A stretch of 64,000 nt of DNA from Hemiscyllium ocellatum (lineage: Eukaryota), in NCBI RefSeq assembly GCF_020745735.1, contig NC_083412.1, positions 50,719,181 to 50,783,180 of the forward strand, written 5' to 3'. Positions within the stretch are counted from its first letter, which is position 1. Every line of letters begins with the position of its first letter. The notes under the pieces were generated by a model, which was given only the letters and a program-made list of their open reading frames with translations, did no database searches and was not told the origin of the DNA. Below are positions 23,431 through 36,518 of the stretch, in pieces. The position numbers and the translations under genes are program-made.

Positions 23431-23815
23431 CTATGTGTTCACAAACCCAACTGTGTGCATGAGCCATGCATTTGCTAGAGTAGACTCCTTCATTCAAGCT
23501 CCAGTGACTACAAACTTTGATTATTTGGCCAAGGGTGGCTCTTTGAACATAGGCTTTCAATGTTAAGGGTTGACACTTAATTGGGCAGTCACGCCTGCCC
23601 AGAAATGGCAGACTGATGCCATCAAACCTGATAAGGGCAGACAGGTGAGGCTCAACTGAAAAGGAGATTCAAGTCAACGCCCATCCTTTGTGGTTGTACT
23701 CTTGTTATCTGTAAATTGAAACCTATGTTATCCTTACAATGAATGAAAGGTCAGTGACCTGATGGTACATGAGCTTCTAAGTGTTGTAGCTCCTTTGATG
23801 CTTTAAGTGTGAACC

Positions 23816-25009
23816 CTGGGTGGGATGTGCTTCAGAATGTTAGTGTGGACTTGATAGGCCGAATAGTTTGTTTCCACACTGTAGGATTTCTGCGGTTCTA
23901 TTCTATGATTTAGTTTGCATTATAAAATAAACTCTCTCCAATAACTTACCCTCATAACACTGCTCATCTCAAAGCCTTGTACAGTTGAGTCAACAGTTCC
24001 TTCATGTTGGCTACTGAAATCTCTCATGGGTCAACAAAAACAGTTGTTTTAAAACAGAAAGATGACTGATGGAATTTTCTGTGAGTGACTAAGTTTGGAG
24101 GCAGACATAAAAGCAGTTAGGACTGCCACTGAAAGAAAGTTATGTTTTCAATTACATTTTGTTTAGGTCATTGCATATTCATGGATGGGAAAAATATAAG
24201 ACACCCAGGCCCCACATTTAAAAGGCAACTGGATATAGAAATGCAGAAACTTAGAAGATCAGAGGAGGAGTAGGCTATTTGACCATCAAGCCTGCTCCAC
24301 CATTCAGTATGTTCATAGCTGATCATCAAGCTCAATATCTATTCCCAGCACATTATTCTTTGCGTCCAGGAGCATCAGAACCTCTGCTCATGATCCTCAG
24401 CACCCCTGAAGATGTTAAAGACTAGGCATAAAGAGACATCACACATCCTCAACAAAAGGCTGTCCAGGTGATAAGGGAAAAGCTATTCCTGATGCAACAA
24501 GTGGCCATCCCAACGTATAAAGGCAGTCTGGATAGAAATGACTTCAGAAGCCAGCCTCCTGTGAACAGCTCAAAGAATCTGACTCCAGTGTCTTGGGAGG
24601 ATGAATGATTGGCTGCACTCTGAACACAAGGTTCACTCAAATCTTCACTGCAGCTTCAGCATAGCACTACTAGCATCATAGTGACACTGCTTCACTCACA
24701 GCTGTCAGAGTTCACCAGCTTTCAGAAAATTCCACTAGTCATCTTCCTAGTTTAAAACATCTGTTTTTGTTGGCCGGTGAGAGATTTCAGTAGCCAACAG
24801 GAAGGAATTGTTGACTTCAATTGTACAATCCCTCAGATCTTCATCCAAGGCTTTGAGATGAGCAATGTTATGAGGGTAAGTTAATGGAGAGAATTTATTT
24901 TATAATGCAAACTAAATCATAGAATAGAATCGCAGAAACCCTACAGAGTGGAAACAAACCATTCGGCCCAGCGAGTCCACACTAACGCTCCGAAGCACAT
25001 CCCACCCAG
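23816..25009. repeat. Long inverted repeat (arms 23816-24081 and 24723-25009, ~640-bp spacer)
   Basis: The arms are reverse complements along their length, e.g. TTCTATGATTTAGTTTGCATTATAAAATAAA versus TTTATTTTATAATGCAAACTAAATCATAGAA. The right arm has a ~19-nt extra segment. Confidence 0.9.
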
Positions 25010-25252
25010 ATCCACCCCCTGTAAACCTGCATTTCCCATGGCTAATCCACCTAAACTGCAATCCTTGGACACTGTGGGCAATTTAGCATTGACAATCCAC
25101 CTAACCTGCACATATTTGGACTATGGGAGGAAGCCCAAACAGACGTGAAGAGAATGCGCAAATTCCACACAGACAGTCGCCTGAGGGCAGAATCAAACCC
25201 AAATCCCTGATGCTGTGAGGCAGCAGTGCTAACCTCTGAGCACTGTGCTGCC
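24915..25252 (-). mobile_element. HE1-like V-SINE, older copy
   Basis: Degenerate head (TGTGAGGCAGCAGTGCTAACC), V-domain and tail. Confidence 0.8.
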
Positions 25253-27544
25253 TCTTATTAATGTTCTGTTCCTTTGACTCTTTTTCAATCAGCCACATGT
25301 AAAGTCACCATAGTCCTATAGGGCCATTGAGAGAGAGATGACTGGTGGTGGTGGGGGTGTGATACAGAAGGCTGGGTTTTCATGGAAAGCATGATAGAAA
25401 CCAATGATATATTTATTTTTCATTGCATTAGAAAATGTGATTTGCATTTTTAAACATTATAACCTGGTTCAGATTCACTAACAGCACCTTTTTTTTATCA
25501 CGAAAGAAACATTTTACAAGATCATGTAATTCTCCCATATGAATAACTGATTTTAAATGACTAAAAAGAATTTAGCTGAGGTGACTAGAAAGCTCATGTG
25601 TAGACTAGGATATGATTTCCTTTTTTTTAGGCCCTGATTTTTTTTTTAGGTTCAGGTTTCGGACCTGGCACCTCATCCTACCCCAGTAACTGCACTTTGA
25701 TGTTGTTCGGCTAGTAGTTGCCAAGGACTGCCTTCAGGCACAAAATTAACTGAGGAAAATAAACTGTACAGAACCATTTATTGGTGTCATGGTATGCACC
25801 AGTTAGTTTTTGTGTAGTAAATTTAACATATTTTCAAAATGAACCGATTTGTTCATTGGATATTTTTGGTCGTTGAAAACTCACTGTTATCATTATCTGG
25901 AGATGGCTATTTTGTGGATCAGGCTATCTTCAGCGAAGTTGATTTTTATGTAAATATTAAAGGTAGTGGAAATTCGATTTACCTACTTGACATAACTCTT
26001 AATTAAGATTTCCTAATCTGCTGTGTTGATGCAGTTGATTTCATTTGGTTGCACTCTCAAGGCTAGCATAAACCAGTAGAAGGGTTTGACCCAGATCTGA
26101 CATTTTGTTAGTGTTATTTTCTCTGTTTCCATTATAACTTGCTGTGCTAATTATTATAGATTTTGTCTTTGCAAAATCAACCTGATTATATAATAACCGT
26201 AAGGTTCCCAGAATAGCTCAACATTATTAACTTAGTCACTGATATTTCTACTTGTTCAGGCATTTGCACAAAATGAAAATGAGACAGCTCACCCTTGTTT
26301 AATTACATTTCTATATATTAAATTGTCTGCTTTATCTTTAATTACTTAAATTAATGTTGCAACCTTTGCTTAGGTCTTGTTGTGAGCTTTGTATCTGTGT
26401 CCAGAGATGCATATTTCAGCTAAATTTAGATTGTATAATATGAGTGTAATTGTGTGCCATTATTTATTTTGCAAATGCTAATCCCTGGAGCCAAGTGATC
26501 ACCTCCTTATTTGCAGAACTTAACATGATTAGACTGTCCCTTACATTGCAGAGGGGATACTCCACAGTGATGTGATGCATTGTTTGTGTCTATACACAAG
26601 TGCATAAAGGATTTGCATTGAGATCCCAGGGATAGAGGCTAGCTGCATATAGGCCCTGGCTTACACTGGACATCTTTAGCAATGACCACTCACATTTAGC
26701 AGGCGGGATCTGTCTCAAAGACCTTGTTAATGTCTTCCCATATATCTCACTCATTGATCCAAAGGATGTCTGCTGGTAGATTTTGCTCCATATGAGGCAC
26801 TGAAGTGGAAGTGGGCAATAGGTGGGTTGAACAGGTCATTACAGAGTGGCAAATGAGGTGCAGCGCAGATGGCTTGAATCAGTTTGTGGGTTTTTGTCAG
26901 CCAGCAGACAGGTGGGGGTTAATGTTCACTGAGGCTCCATGGGGAAGCAATCGACCCAGCAGACTGAAATCTTTAAAACAAATTAACTCTATTCTGAGTT
27001 ATAAAACCCAGTCACCTCTGATTTACCAGTCCCAACATTTAGCAAACCTCTGCTTTTATGCAATGGAGCATGTTCTTCAAATCTTAAACTCAGTATTGTG
27101 GTGCTATTGGATACCAAACAAATCTCATTGGATATATTGTCACCCAATTGTGTAAATAAATTCCTTGGATGCACAATCAGTGCTGTTGGGTCAGCTCTGT
27201 AACTTTTAATTAAATAATTATGATAAACTCATGAATATGTTTTGGAATGGTAACATTTTACTTTATGTAGGTACGAAGGATCTGTGCAATTGAGACAGAC
27301 AACGAGGCCCAAAGTTTTATCACAACAGAGCATCTGTATCATAGCCACAATGTTGAAAGTGGCCAGAAATTGCAAGTCCTGACAAGGAAACAGCACTTCT
27401 CTTTTTTAGAGGGGTGGGAGTAGAGTCAAGTTAGGTTGCACTCATGCTGATTTGAGGGAGGTATCCACTGAAGGATGATTTTGGCGTCCTGTAATGGAAA
27501 TGCAGAATGTGCACATTAGAGCTGCCAACAGCAGGTTTGAAATA

Positions 27545-28150
27545 CATTTGTTCATGAGATATGGGTACCACTGATTGGGCCAGAATTGATTCTTCATCCT
27601 TAATTACCCTTGATAAATTGCAGGGGGGCCAACTTCTTGAACTATTGCATTCTTTGAACTTCAGTACTGTCAGGAAAAGGGTTTTAGGATTTAGATCGGA
27701 AGCAGTGAAAGAATGTTGATTTTATACAGAATGGTTTATGGCTTGAAGGGGAACCTGCAGAAGGTGGTGACAAGATTCAAGATGGCACCAACACCAGGTG
27801 ACTCTTTGCAAACTCCCTACAGTAGATTTATTCTAACATTTACTGTAACTGCTCCACACTTTTAAACCTAAATTCTAAGTCTGCAAAAATTACTAATAAT
27901 GTTCCTTTAAATAGCTTGTTAATATTGATCTTGCTCTGCACACCTCCTGTGCAGTATGATCTGAACGCCTCACTACCGAAATACTCTATATTCTGTATGT
28001 CCTTGCTTACTATGATTTGACTGTAATTCTCATAAACAAAGCTTTTAACTGTACCTAGGTACACATGACCACAATAAATCAAATCAAATTTTCAGCCTTT
28101 GTTCTTCCAGGTGGCATAGGTTATGGGTTTGGAAGATCCAGTCAAAGGAA
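27545..28150 (-). mobile_element. Old LINE 3' fragment (second family) interrupted by a short element
   Basis: Reverse complement of the 58425-58785 family. It resumes after 28090. Confidence 0.55.
27778..28089 (+). mobile_element. Short non-autonomous LINE-derived element (Rex1/L2-like termini)
   Basis: It starts with CAAGATGGC (YY1-like) and ends AAAGCTTTT...GTACACATGACCACAATAAATCAAATCAAAT. It has no ORF. Confidence 0.55.
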
Positions 28151-28596
28151 CATTTCACTGGTGTATTATCATATTCCAGTGTATTTATATTCATTATGGT
28201 TGCTGCAGATGCATCATTCACAGAATTAGGAGGGTCCTTATGCAAGTGCAAATCGATGAAACATAAAAATTTGTTTATTTATGCAAGATATGGACCAAGG
28301 GCAGGCAGAAGGGAATGGTTTAACTTGGCTCATTGTTTGGAACAACATCATGGGCACAGGACCCCTTGCTGTGCTGTGCTGTTCTATGTTCTACATTGGG
28401 ATCTTTGGAGAGTGAATGGTGATATGAAACCATAGAGAAGAAAGCAGTGGCATTTACATTAGGACATACAAACAACCTTTGGAACTGAACCAACTGAACA
28501 GACTACAAACCTTTGCAACATTGGCATGAAAATAAACTTCCTTAATGCTTCAGTACATGGAAAGATTCAGACTTGAGCTGACAGAATGTAGTCCTG

Positions 28597-29103
28597 TAGT
28601 CATGGAGTCAAACAGACCCTTCGGTCCAACCCGTCCATGCCGACCAGATATCCCAACTCAATCTAGTCCCACCTGCCAGCACCCGGCCCATATCCCTCCA
28701 AACTCTTCCTATTCATATACCCATCCAAATGCCTCTTAAATGTTGCAATTGTACCAGCCTCCACCACATCCTCTGGCAGCTCATTCCATACACATACCAC
28801 CCTCTGCGTGAAAAGGTTGCCCCTTAGGTCTCTTTTATATCTTTCTCCTCTCACCCTAAACCTATGCCCTCTTGTTCTAGACTCTCCTACCCCTGGGAAA
28901 AGACTTTGTCTATTTATCCTATCCATGCCCCTCATGATTTTGTAAACCTCTATAAGGTCACCCCTCAGCCTCCAACGCTCCAGGGAAAACAGCCCCAGCC
29001 TGTTCAGCCTTTCCCTATTGCTCAAATCCTCCAACCCTGGCAACATCCTTGTAAATCTTTTCTGAACCCTTTCAAGTTTCACAACATCTTTCTGATAGGA
29101 AGG
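28597..29103 (-). mobile_element. CR1/HER1-like LINE 3' fragment, well preserved
   Basis: Uninterrupted minus ORF (KLERVQKRFTRMLPGL...SRTRGH...WNELP) plus the tail hairpin. Confidence 0.92.
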
Positions 29104-29104
29104 G

Positions 29105-30430
29105 AACCAGATGGGCAAGGTACAAGTCACAGTGGATGCACTCACAAAGGCAGCAGTGGGTCACACAGGAAAAAAGGTCTTGTAGGAGAAGCAGTCTTAT
29201 TCTACATTAATAACTAAGACTTTCCCAGCAACAAAGGAAAAACTCAGACAAATGAGTATAGCTCAAAAATATGTCGACGAGGCACAAAGATTAGAAAACC
29301 CTATCAGCAAGAGTGGTTGAAATAAAACACAGCAGCTGAAAAGATGCCTCAAGCAGAAACAATACTTGAATATCATGGAAGATTTATTGGTGTACAATCA
29401 TGGGATAGATATATTCAAAAGCATTGCAAAGAGAAATCCAATATAAACTCCATAGGGGACATCTAGGAATAATGTAGAGCAAGAGTGCATCGATCAGTGT
29501 GGTGGCCAGGAATTTGAAAAATATACAGGCTTATATTTTGATGTGCCAAATACAGCCGAGTGCCTGCACAATCAGTGATTTCATCAGGATTTCCAGAATA
29601 TCCCGGGAAAAGACTGGCAACAGGCTTGTTCAGCTTTACAAGGAAGATGTATTTCATCCTAGTCAAATGTTAGACAAGATTAAGTAGTAAGACTTCATTC
29701 AACCATGTCAGATTCAGTGACCAAAGTAGTAAAAAACATCCTTGAAATATTTGTTCCCCCGAAAAATTATTATTACCCAATGGACATCAATTCATAAACA
29801 AGGATTTCAGGAAATTCACTTCAGAGACAGGTATCAACTAGGTGACATTGAATGCAGTGGTGAAAGAGCAGTCAAGACTCTGAAGTGACTGATGTATCAC
29901 AATCCAGTCTGGGAATGAGCTTTCTTCAGTTGCTAAGCAACGTCATTGAATAATGGATACTCACCATCAGAATTGTTAATGAGGAGAAGGTTAAAAACAG
30001 ACGCACCAGTTCTATAAAACAACCTCAAGTTAAATGTAGCCTCTCAACACGATGAGAATGTAAAACAGTTAGAGAAAAGCCACAGCAAAAAGCACTTCGA
30101 GGTACAGGACCAAAATCTGTCAACATTAACGCCAAGACAGGAAGACATGTCAGCAGAAGAAAACTAAGATTAATCAATATATTATCAGATCACCCAAAGG
30201 GACATTCATGATGGACAGGAAGCATTGATCTTATTTGAGCCAAAAAGTGAAATAAAAATGTTGATTACAGGATATGGTGCAACCATATATATATTAAATT
30301 ATTCAGTGTTAAGACTGATACGACTGTATCAGAAACAGTACAATGCCATCACCCAAATGTTGAACAAATGTCAGAACATCTGCAGTTCAGATCATCTCAA
30401 CCTAAGAGATTTGGACCTTGGTGGAGAGTT
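29105..30430 (+). mobile_element. Decayed Gypsy integrase region
   Basis: GKVQVTVDALT (cf. GK..ADALSR), CRARVHRSVWWPGI (integrase zinc-binding region), FPEYPREKTG/LF-like and NGHQF-like motifs, read across frameshifts. Confidence 0.65.
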
Positions 30431-30609
30431 CGTGGTGGCAGGGGTGGCAGCTGCTCATTATGGTGACAATGTCAGTAATGGTAAAAATTGCATTAATTAT
30501 TACAAAACTATCAAAGTAAATGTAAATAAACTATTAGAATGATGTAGACCAAGTGGAGATGAATCTTGGGAGAAGAGATTGTATTGAGGTTCACTTAAAA
30601 CATGATGTA

Positions 30610-31845
30610 ACTGATCACTTGATCTCAAATAACTAAGGAAAAGTCGTGTTTGACAAATCTGATCAACGTTTTTGAGAAGGTAACCATAAGTATTGAGGGT
30701 AATATATTTGTAGTGGTCTGGGTGAACTTTAGCAACACTTTTGATAAGTCCCTTCAAATATTCTGGTCAACAATATAAGAGCCCCTGGGAGCCAAGGCAA
30801 AGTTGGAACATTGGATCCAAATTGGTGGAAAGGCAGGAACCAGAAGGTGATGGTAGAGGGATGTTTCTGTGTCTAACATTTGTTTCTCGTGATGTTTCAC
30901 AAGGCTTGGTGCTGAGACCCATGCTGTTTATGGTGTACTTCAATGGATTTAAATGTAGGAGTATGACGAAAACCTTTGTAGATGATATAGAAATTGGTAG
31001 GGTGAAATAATGAGGAGGATAGCTTTAAACTGCAGAAGGATATCAAAAGACTGATTGGGTGGGAGGAAGAAACAAATGTAATTCAACCTGGAGAAGTGTG
31101 GGGGAATAAACTTGGGAGTGCTAACAAGGAAAGAGATTACACAATGAATGAAAGGACTCAAAAGAGTGAGAGGGACATTGGTGTGCATATCCACAGATCC
31201 CTGAAAGTAGCAGGGTAAGTAGATAAATGGTTCAGAAGACATTTGAGATACTTGACTTTATTAGCTGAGGCACAGACTATAAGAGCAAGCTGGTTATGCT
31301 GGAACTATATAAAGCATTGATTAGGCAACAACTGAGGGTTGTATGCAGTTCTAGTCACTGCACCACAGGAGGGGTTTACTGCACTAGACAGGGTACAGAG
31401 GAGACTTACCAGGATACTGCCTGAGCTCAGGGTCTAAGATATGAGGAAGGGTTTATTAGGTTAGTGTTGTTTTCTTTGATGCAACAAAGTTGAGAGGAAA
31501 TTTATAGAGGTCGACAAGATTATGAGGTGCATAGATGGGGTGAATTGGAAGCCCATTACATTAGAAGAGGGATCAATAACTAGAGGGCAATGAAAGAAAG
31601 TAAGCGGTAGAATGCTAAGAGAAAAGTTGAGGACAATTGTTCTTTCACTGATGGCTGGTGGAAATGTGGAACTCATTGCCTGAAAGGTTTGGTGAGTCAG
31701 AAACTCTCAACATTCCAGCAGCATTTGGATATTCAGTTGCATTATCATAGCCTCAATGGGTCAGAAGGTTGAAAATAGGATTACTGTAGCTACATCTTTG
31801 TTAACCAATTGAATGGTCTCCTTCTGTGTTGGAAACATCTGAGTC
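30610..31845 (+). mobile_element. Old CR1 LINE fragment
   Basis: DVSQGLVLRPMLF and FVDDIEIG are degenerate RT motifs, followed by a 3' tail remnant. Confidence 0.75.
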
Positions 31846-34308
31846 TGAGAGAAGATACAAGACTTGAAGGGGCAAGTAAAGGGAAAGATCTTAGACATCA
31901 CCTGAAAGCTGGGTTTGTTCACTCATTTACAGTTATAAAGAAAGGAATGTTGCAATACATAAGGTATTGGAGAGCATTCGAGGTAAAGAGAAGGAGCCAT
32001 GGACAGTGTACATGTAAATATCCATAATCCATAGCCCTTCAGAATGGTATATGTACTGTTTCGCAGGTTAGATAAAGCATTCACTTTCAGAATATTAACA
32101 AGCTGCTCTTCTTATGAAAGGTTACCTCAAAATCTTTGAGGCAGCTTTTGTGGTTGACAGCATCTGTTCTTTAATTTGTTGAAGTTTTGAATGTATTTCA
32201 GATACAAACAGAAGATGCAAATCTAGCTAAAATGTGAATTTAACCAACGTATCCAACTGGTTGTTGACCATGCAAACTATGGCAAGATGTTTGGTCTGCA
32301 TTTTGACTCTCCATTTATTCACCAGTGGAATTGATCACATTTGAAAACTAGCCTGAAGTGAGGTCTACATGATCTAGTAAATAGGAGCTCAAGGAAATTG
32401 AACTGGAAATTGGGTCTTGAGCCTCATCAAAAGTGATACTGATGAGCACGGGCCATCATTCAGGCATTTCAATTCAACTTGCTGTTCACAACCTTCTCAA
32501 AATAAGTCCTCATGCACTGGGCTGACCCACAGGTAAATCCCGTGAGCAGAAGGAGGGTGAGGAACAAGCTGTAGTACTGCTATTCAACCAAGAAGAAAAC
32601 ACTGCTCTTTGTGACCTCACATTAAAGCAAAATGCAAAACTTGCCTATTTTTGCCATACACAACCATTGGCAATCCCTTTTGTTAGTTGGTTAATCCAAA
32701 AAAAAGTACATCATGTCCAGTAAGCCTGTTCTCCTCCAGATGGGAAATGTGCAATTGTACTTGGAAATTGATCCCACCATTTAGCACCTCACAATGTGCA
32801 TTTGTAATCAATAAAAAAAAACTTGGGTTGGGGATTAATTTGTCCCTACGTCTTTAAAAAGGTGGACCATTTTAGAAGGTTGAAAATAGTTTCAAATATG
32901 ATATCAAGAGTAAAACATATTTAAATGTTGTATATGCTCATTTCTTTTATTTATGGGGTAGTATATTCAAGTTGATTTTTATTTTATTGTCATAACAATC
33001 TTGTTACAAAATACAGTTAAAAATGTTGTAGAGTATTGCCACTCTTTGGCACCATTTCGAAACCCAGAAAAATAAACCAAAACATAAAATAAAAAGGCAG
33101 AAAAGTTTTGTACCTTAATACAGAGGACAGGTGAGGTGAGAGGTGTCTGTGAATTTCCTGGCCCTAGTTACATGACTGACACAGGCCCATGAACTCAAAC
33201 AGGAACTTATCCTGGTATGGAGGAGAAAAACAGGAATGTCTTTGCTAGCCTGAAAACACAATGGTCTTGTGGCTTACTATTGTAGGGGATGGGTATTAGA
33301 TTAGTCAATTAACTTAATCACTTTTGAGTTTCCCAACAATAACCCACAAACTTTCCAGTCCATAACGACTCCCATTCACAAGGCCATTGCTGTATTTCTT
33401 TAGGCTTGATAGGACACTGCAAAGACGGTCATGAAAATAAACAGGAGTGGCCAGGAGTGATCCTCCCATTTCTATTTTACAGTTACAGTGGACTAGCATA
33501 CAAAAGAGAAGTAGGGTCACTTCTGTGAGCTCTGGAAGTTTCACAGAAATTCAAAAGCAACACTGTTCAGCTACAATTATTTTCTACTTCCATTTCTACA
33601 TGCTTGTGTCTGTGTATTCTCCAAACAGCCAAGTGGAAAATCTCATTTTATGTCTCATCCAACAGTAGATTATGTTTTAATACACTAAACTAAAGGCAGG
33701 AACATGTTGATGAAGGAGAATGGACATGGAGAGTTCCTGATAGTCCAAAGGGTGCTGAGATCAGTTCTCAGCTTACTTTTGTTGGCTTCCTTTTCTCTAG
33801 TTGTGCCTGACCTGGCTTTCACCCTAACCAATTCTAATTTTCCAGCAACTTGACCAATAAGACCTAACACTTTCTGCCTTCCAGCTTCCACCTTCATTCC
33901 AAACCTCTTCCTCATATATGTCACAATCATTCAGTACTCCAACATCACTGTTTCCATTTCTTAAGATATTGAACTTCACAATGTTCCAGCTCCCAAGTCC
34001 ACTCCCTCCCCTCTACTCCTGGATTCTGAACTCTGATCTGTATTCTTGCATCCTCTTTCAGAGCCCTCCAACCATAGGATCCTGAGAAGTAATGCCTGTA
34101 CTTCCAGATCTCACGCCATTCCCACTACTTCTGGATCCTGAAGTGTTACAGCAGGGTCTGGAAGTAGTGATACCACTTGGGAAGGAGCATACAAATCAAG
34201 TAGTATTATTGTTAAAATCAACTGTTGAAAATATGTACCATTATCTCAGTCGCTCAGATTAATGTACATGTTTATCTTTTACTTTTGTTAATTTTGTTAC
34301 TCTTTTAG

Positions 34309-34464
34309 CTTGCAGGCATGGATTCTATAAACCTTTTGCTGGAAACACCAAATGCTCCAAATGTCCTCCACATAGCTTCACTCATGAAGATGCCTCACAA
34401 GTGTGTAAATGTGACAAAGGTTACTACAGGGCAGAAAAAGACCCACCAACAATGGCTTGTACCA
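34309..34464 (+). CDS. EPHA6: Internal coding exon of an ephrin type-A receptor (Cys-rich/EGF-like region), most similar to EPHA6
   Basis: Polypyrimidine tract plus TTTTAG acceptor (34307-34308) and a GTAAGT donor at 34465. The exon is 156 nt, phase 1-1, and translates (A)CRHGFYKPFAGNTKCSKCPPHSFTHEDASQVCKCDKGYYRAEKDPPTMACT(R). The FAGNTKCSKCPPHS and RAEKDPP motifs match EphA6 as I recall it. The Eph assignment is near certain and the paralog call somewhat less so. Confidence 0.88.
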
Positions 34465-35152
34465 GTAAGTAATTAAAACTATCTGATGTTTCAACAAATA
34501 TCACAATTGGATTCTGGATTATTTTTGCAACTAAAGATAGGAAACCATACTAATAGAAACTGATGAATGTATTAACTGTTTCACATTTTACAGAGACATT
34601 GGTCAGTAGAACTCATAACCATACATAATAGAAATCTACATTCCTAGATCTATTACTTCCTATGAGAATAATACTACTTTTTCTTCAATGTCAGTTATGT
34701 CTTGGACTGGTGCAGAATAGAGTGGTCTGGTTTAAATTTTTGTCCCATACATGGGAGTCTTCTGCTACTATGGCAAAACAGCCTAAAATGGCCTCTGTTA
34801 TGGAATGTATGGTACTCGGCACTAATGAATGGACAGACATCACATTGCTGAGGTCTTCTCCTGCCACAAAGTGGATGTGGGGAAAAGGTGGTGACTGCAT
34901 CTCTTTGTACCAGCCCTGTTTCATTTCCAGTCACATCGACAGTTCTGGTATAAAGACAGCATCACCTCTGAACAATCTCAATGTGCCTTAGCACGTGATG
35001 GCAGCAGTGGTGGATGTTCTTTCAGTGAAACTTCCTAAATCCTATCTATATCAATTGATGGTGGGAATATACAAAGAGCACAAGTCCTCAAGGAAGGACC
35101 AAAGTAGAAGTACTGGCATGCTTGCAGGCTCAGTCAACACTGTGGTTTTTAT

Positions 35153-35203
35153 ATTAGATTACTTACAGTGTGGAAACAGGCCCTTCGGCCCAACAAGTCC
35201 ACT
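35153..35203 (-). mobile_element. Severely 5'-truncated young HE1-like SINE (tail only)
   Basis: TTAGATTACTTACAGTGTGGAAACAGGCCCTTCGGCCCAACAAGTCCAC matches the tail of the 23034 copy exactly. Confidence 0.85.
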
Positions 35204-36429
35204 TTCCAGAATTGTTCGGTCAGATGCTCAGTACATGTAATCAAGCTGTAGTGAGAATTTGCTCAGAAAACCCCAAGTCCAAACCACAGGAGAAGGCAAA
35301 CAAAAGGTTGGTGGACATGAACATTAAGAATTAATTCACACACTTAGTCTTTTCAGAATATAGGAAAGCCTTTAGAAGTGGAGGAATCTTTTTTGAAAGC
35401 CAAGCCCTTAGACCATGAGAGTGATCCCAAATTCTCTCAGCGGGTAGGGTGACATTTTTAATCAATACTGTACCACCTTGAACTTTGCTTCCATACATGA
35501 TAATAACACGATTAATGTGTTTTTCTATGCAATTGGCAACATTGCTGATGTATTTCTTGCTCAACTCAGGATACTGTGAAGAAGTGGCAATATATGAAGA
35601 TGTAATTAAGGTAATAAATGCCTACTTCATTCTTAGATGTAATACAATTATTGACAACATTAGGTTTAATGAGTGTATCCAGGAGCCTGGAGGGAGTATG
35701 GATTATTTTATAAATAGCCTCTATCGATTTAGTAGACCGCTGTTATTTTCGGATCTTATACGGTAGTTATCTGAGACCATATAATAGTCTTCATCCTGAA
35801 TGAGGCAATATCTGAGCTTTTACAACCTTGAGAGGACTGTATGTCATCTATAGATGTTTAGCTATCCCAGCAGACTGGAAGTCCCTTTTACAGGGTGACA
35901 GAGAATTTGCCTGGGAGCCCACAAATGAGCCTGTCAGTTTATTTTCCACAAGCCAGCAAGGCAATGTGTAAATCAAGCAATGCAAGGAGGGCACAGTCAC
36001 TACCATTGCTGTTTGTTCATGATATGATCAGCTGGAAAACTTCCGGCCTTTAATGCGATGTACCACATCTGCACAAAAAGCATCATTTTAGAATTACCTG
36101 CAGGAGTAGCAGAAGCTCCACAGCAAGACAAAATGGTAGAAACATATCACAGTAAATTCTTCCTAGCCAAGACTGTGATGATTTTTATTTTGGGCAAAAT
36201 AATAGAACTCAAAACTGACTTAGATGTTTTTCATATTGTCAAAGAGACACATTTTAAATTGGATAGCAAGGCCAGTGTCTTCAACCCTTTAATATCTGAC
36301 TGAGATGTACAGGAGGTATTTCCGTGATTGTTAAGATGAACAGTGAGGCTCATGTTGTAATGGACACTGGTGTATGAACAATCTGCATGTTATTTCTCAT
36401 CAGCGGTATGTGGAAGCTTATTCACTCTG

Positions 36430-36518
36430 AGTCCTAGATTAGAGTGGTGTTGGAAAAGCACAGCAGGTCAGACAGCATCCGAGGAGCAGGAAAATCAATG
36501 TTTCAGGCAAAACCCTTC
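36430..36518 (-). mobile_element. PLE terminal fragment
   Basis: Reverse complement of the 9750-9842 block. Confidence 0.7.
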
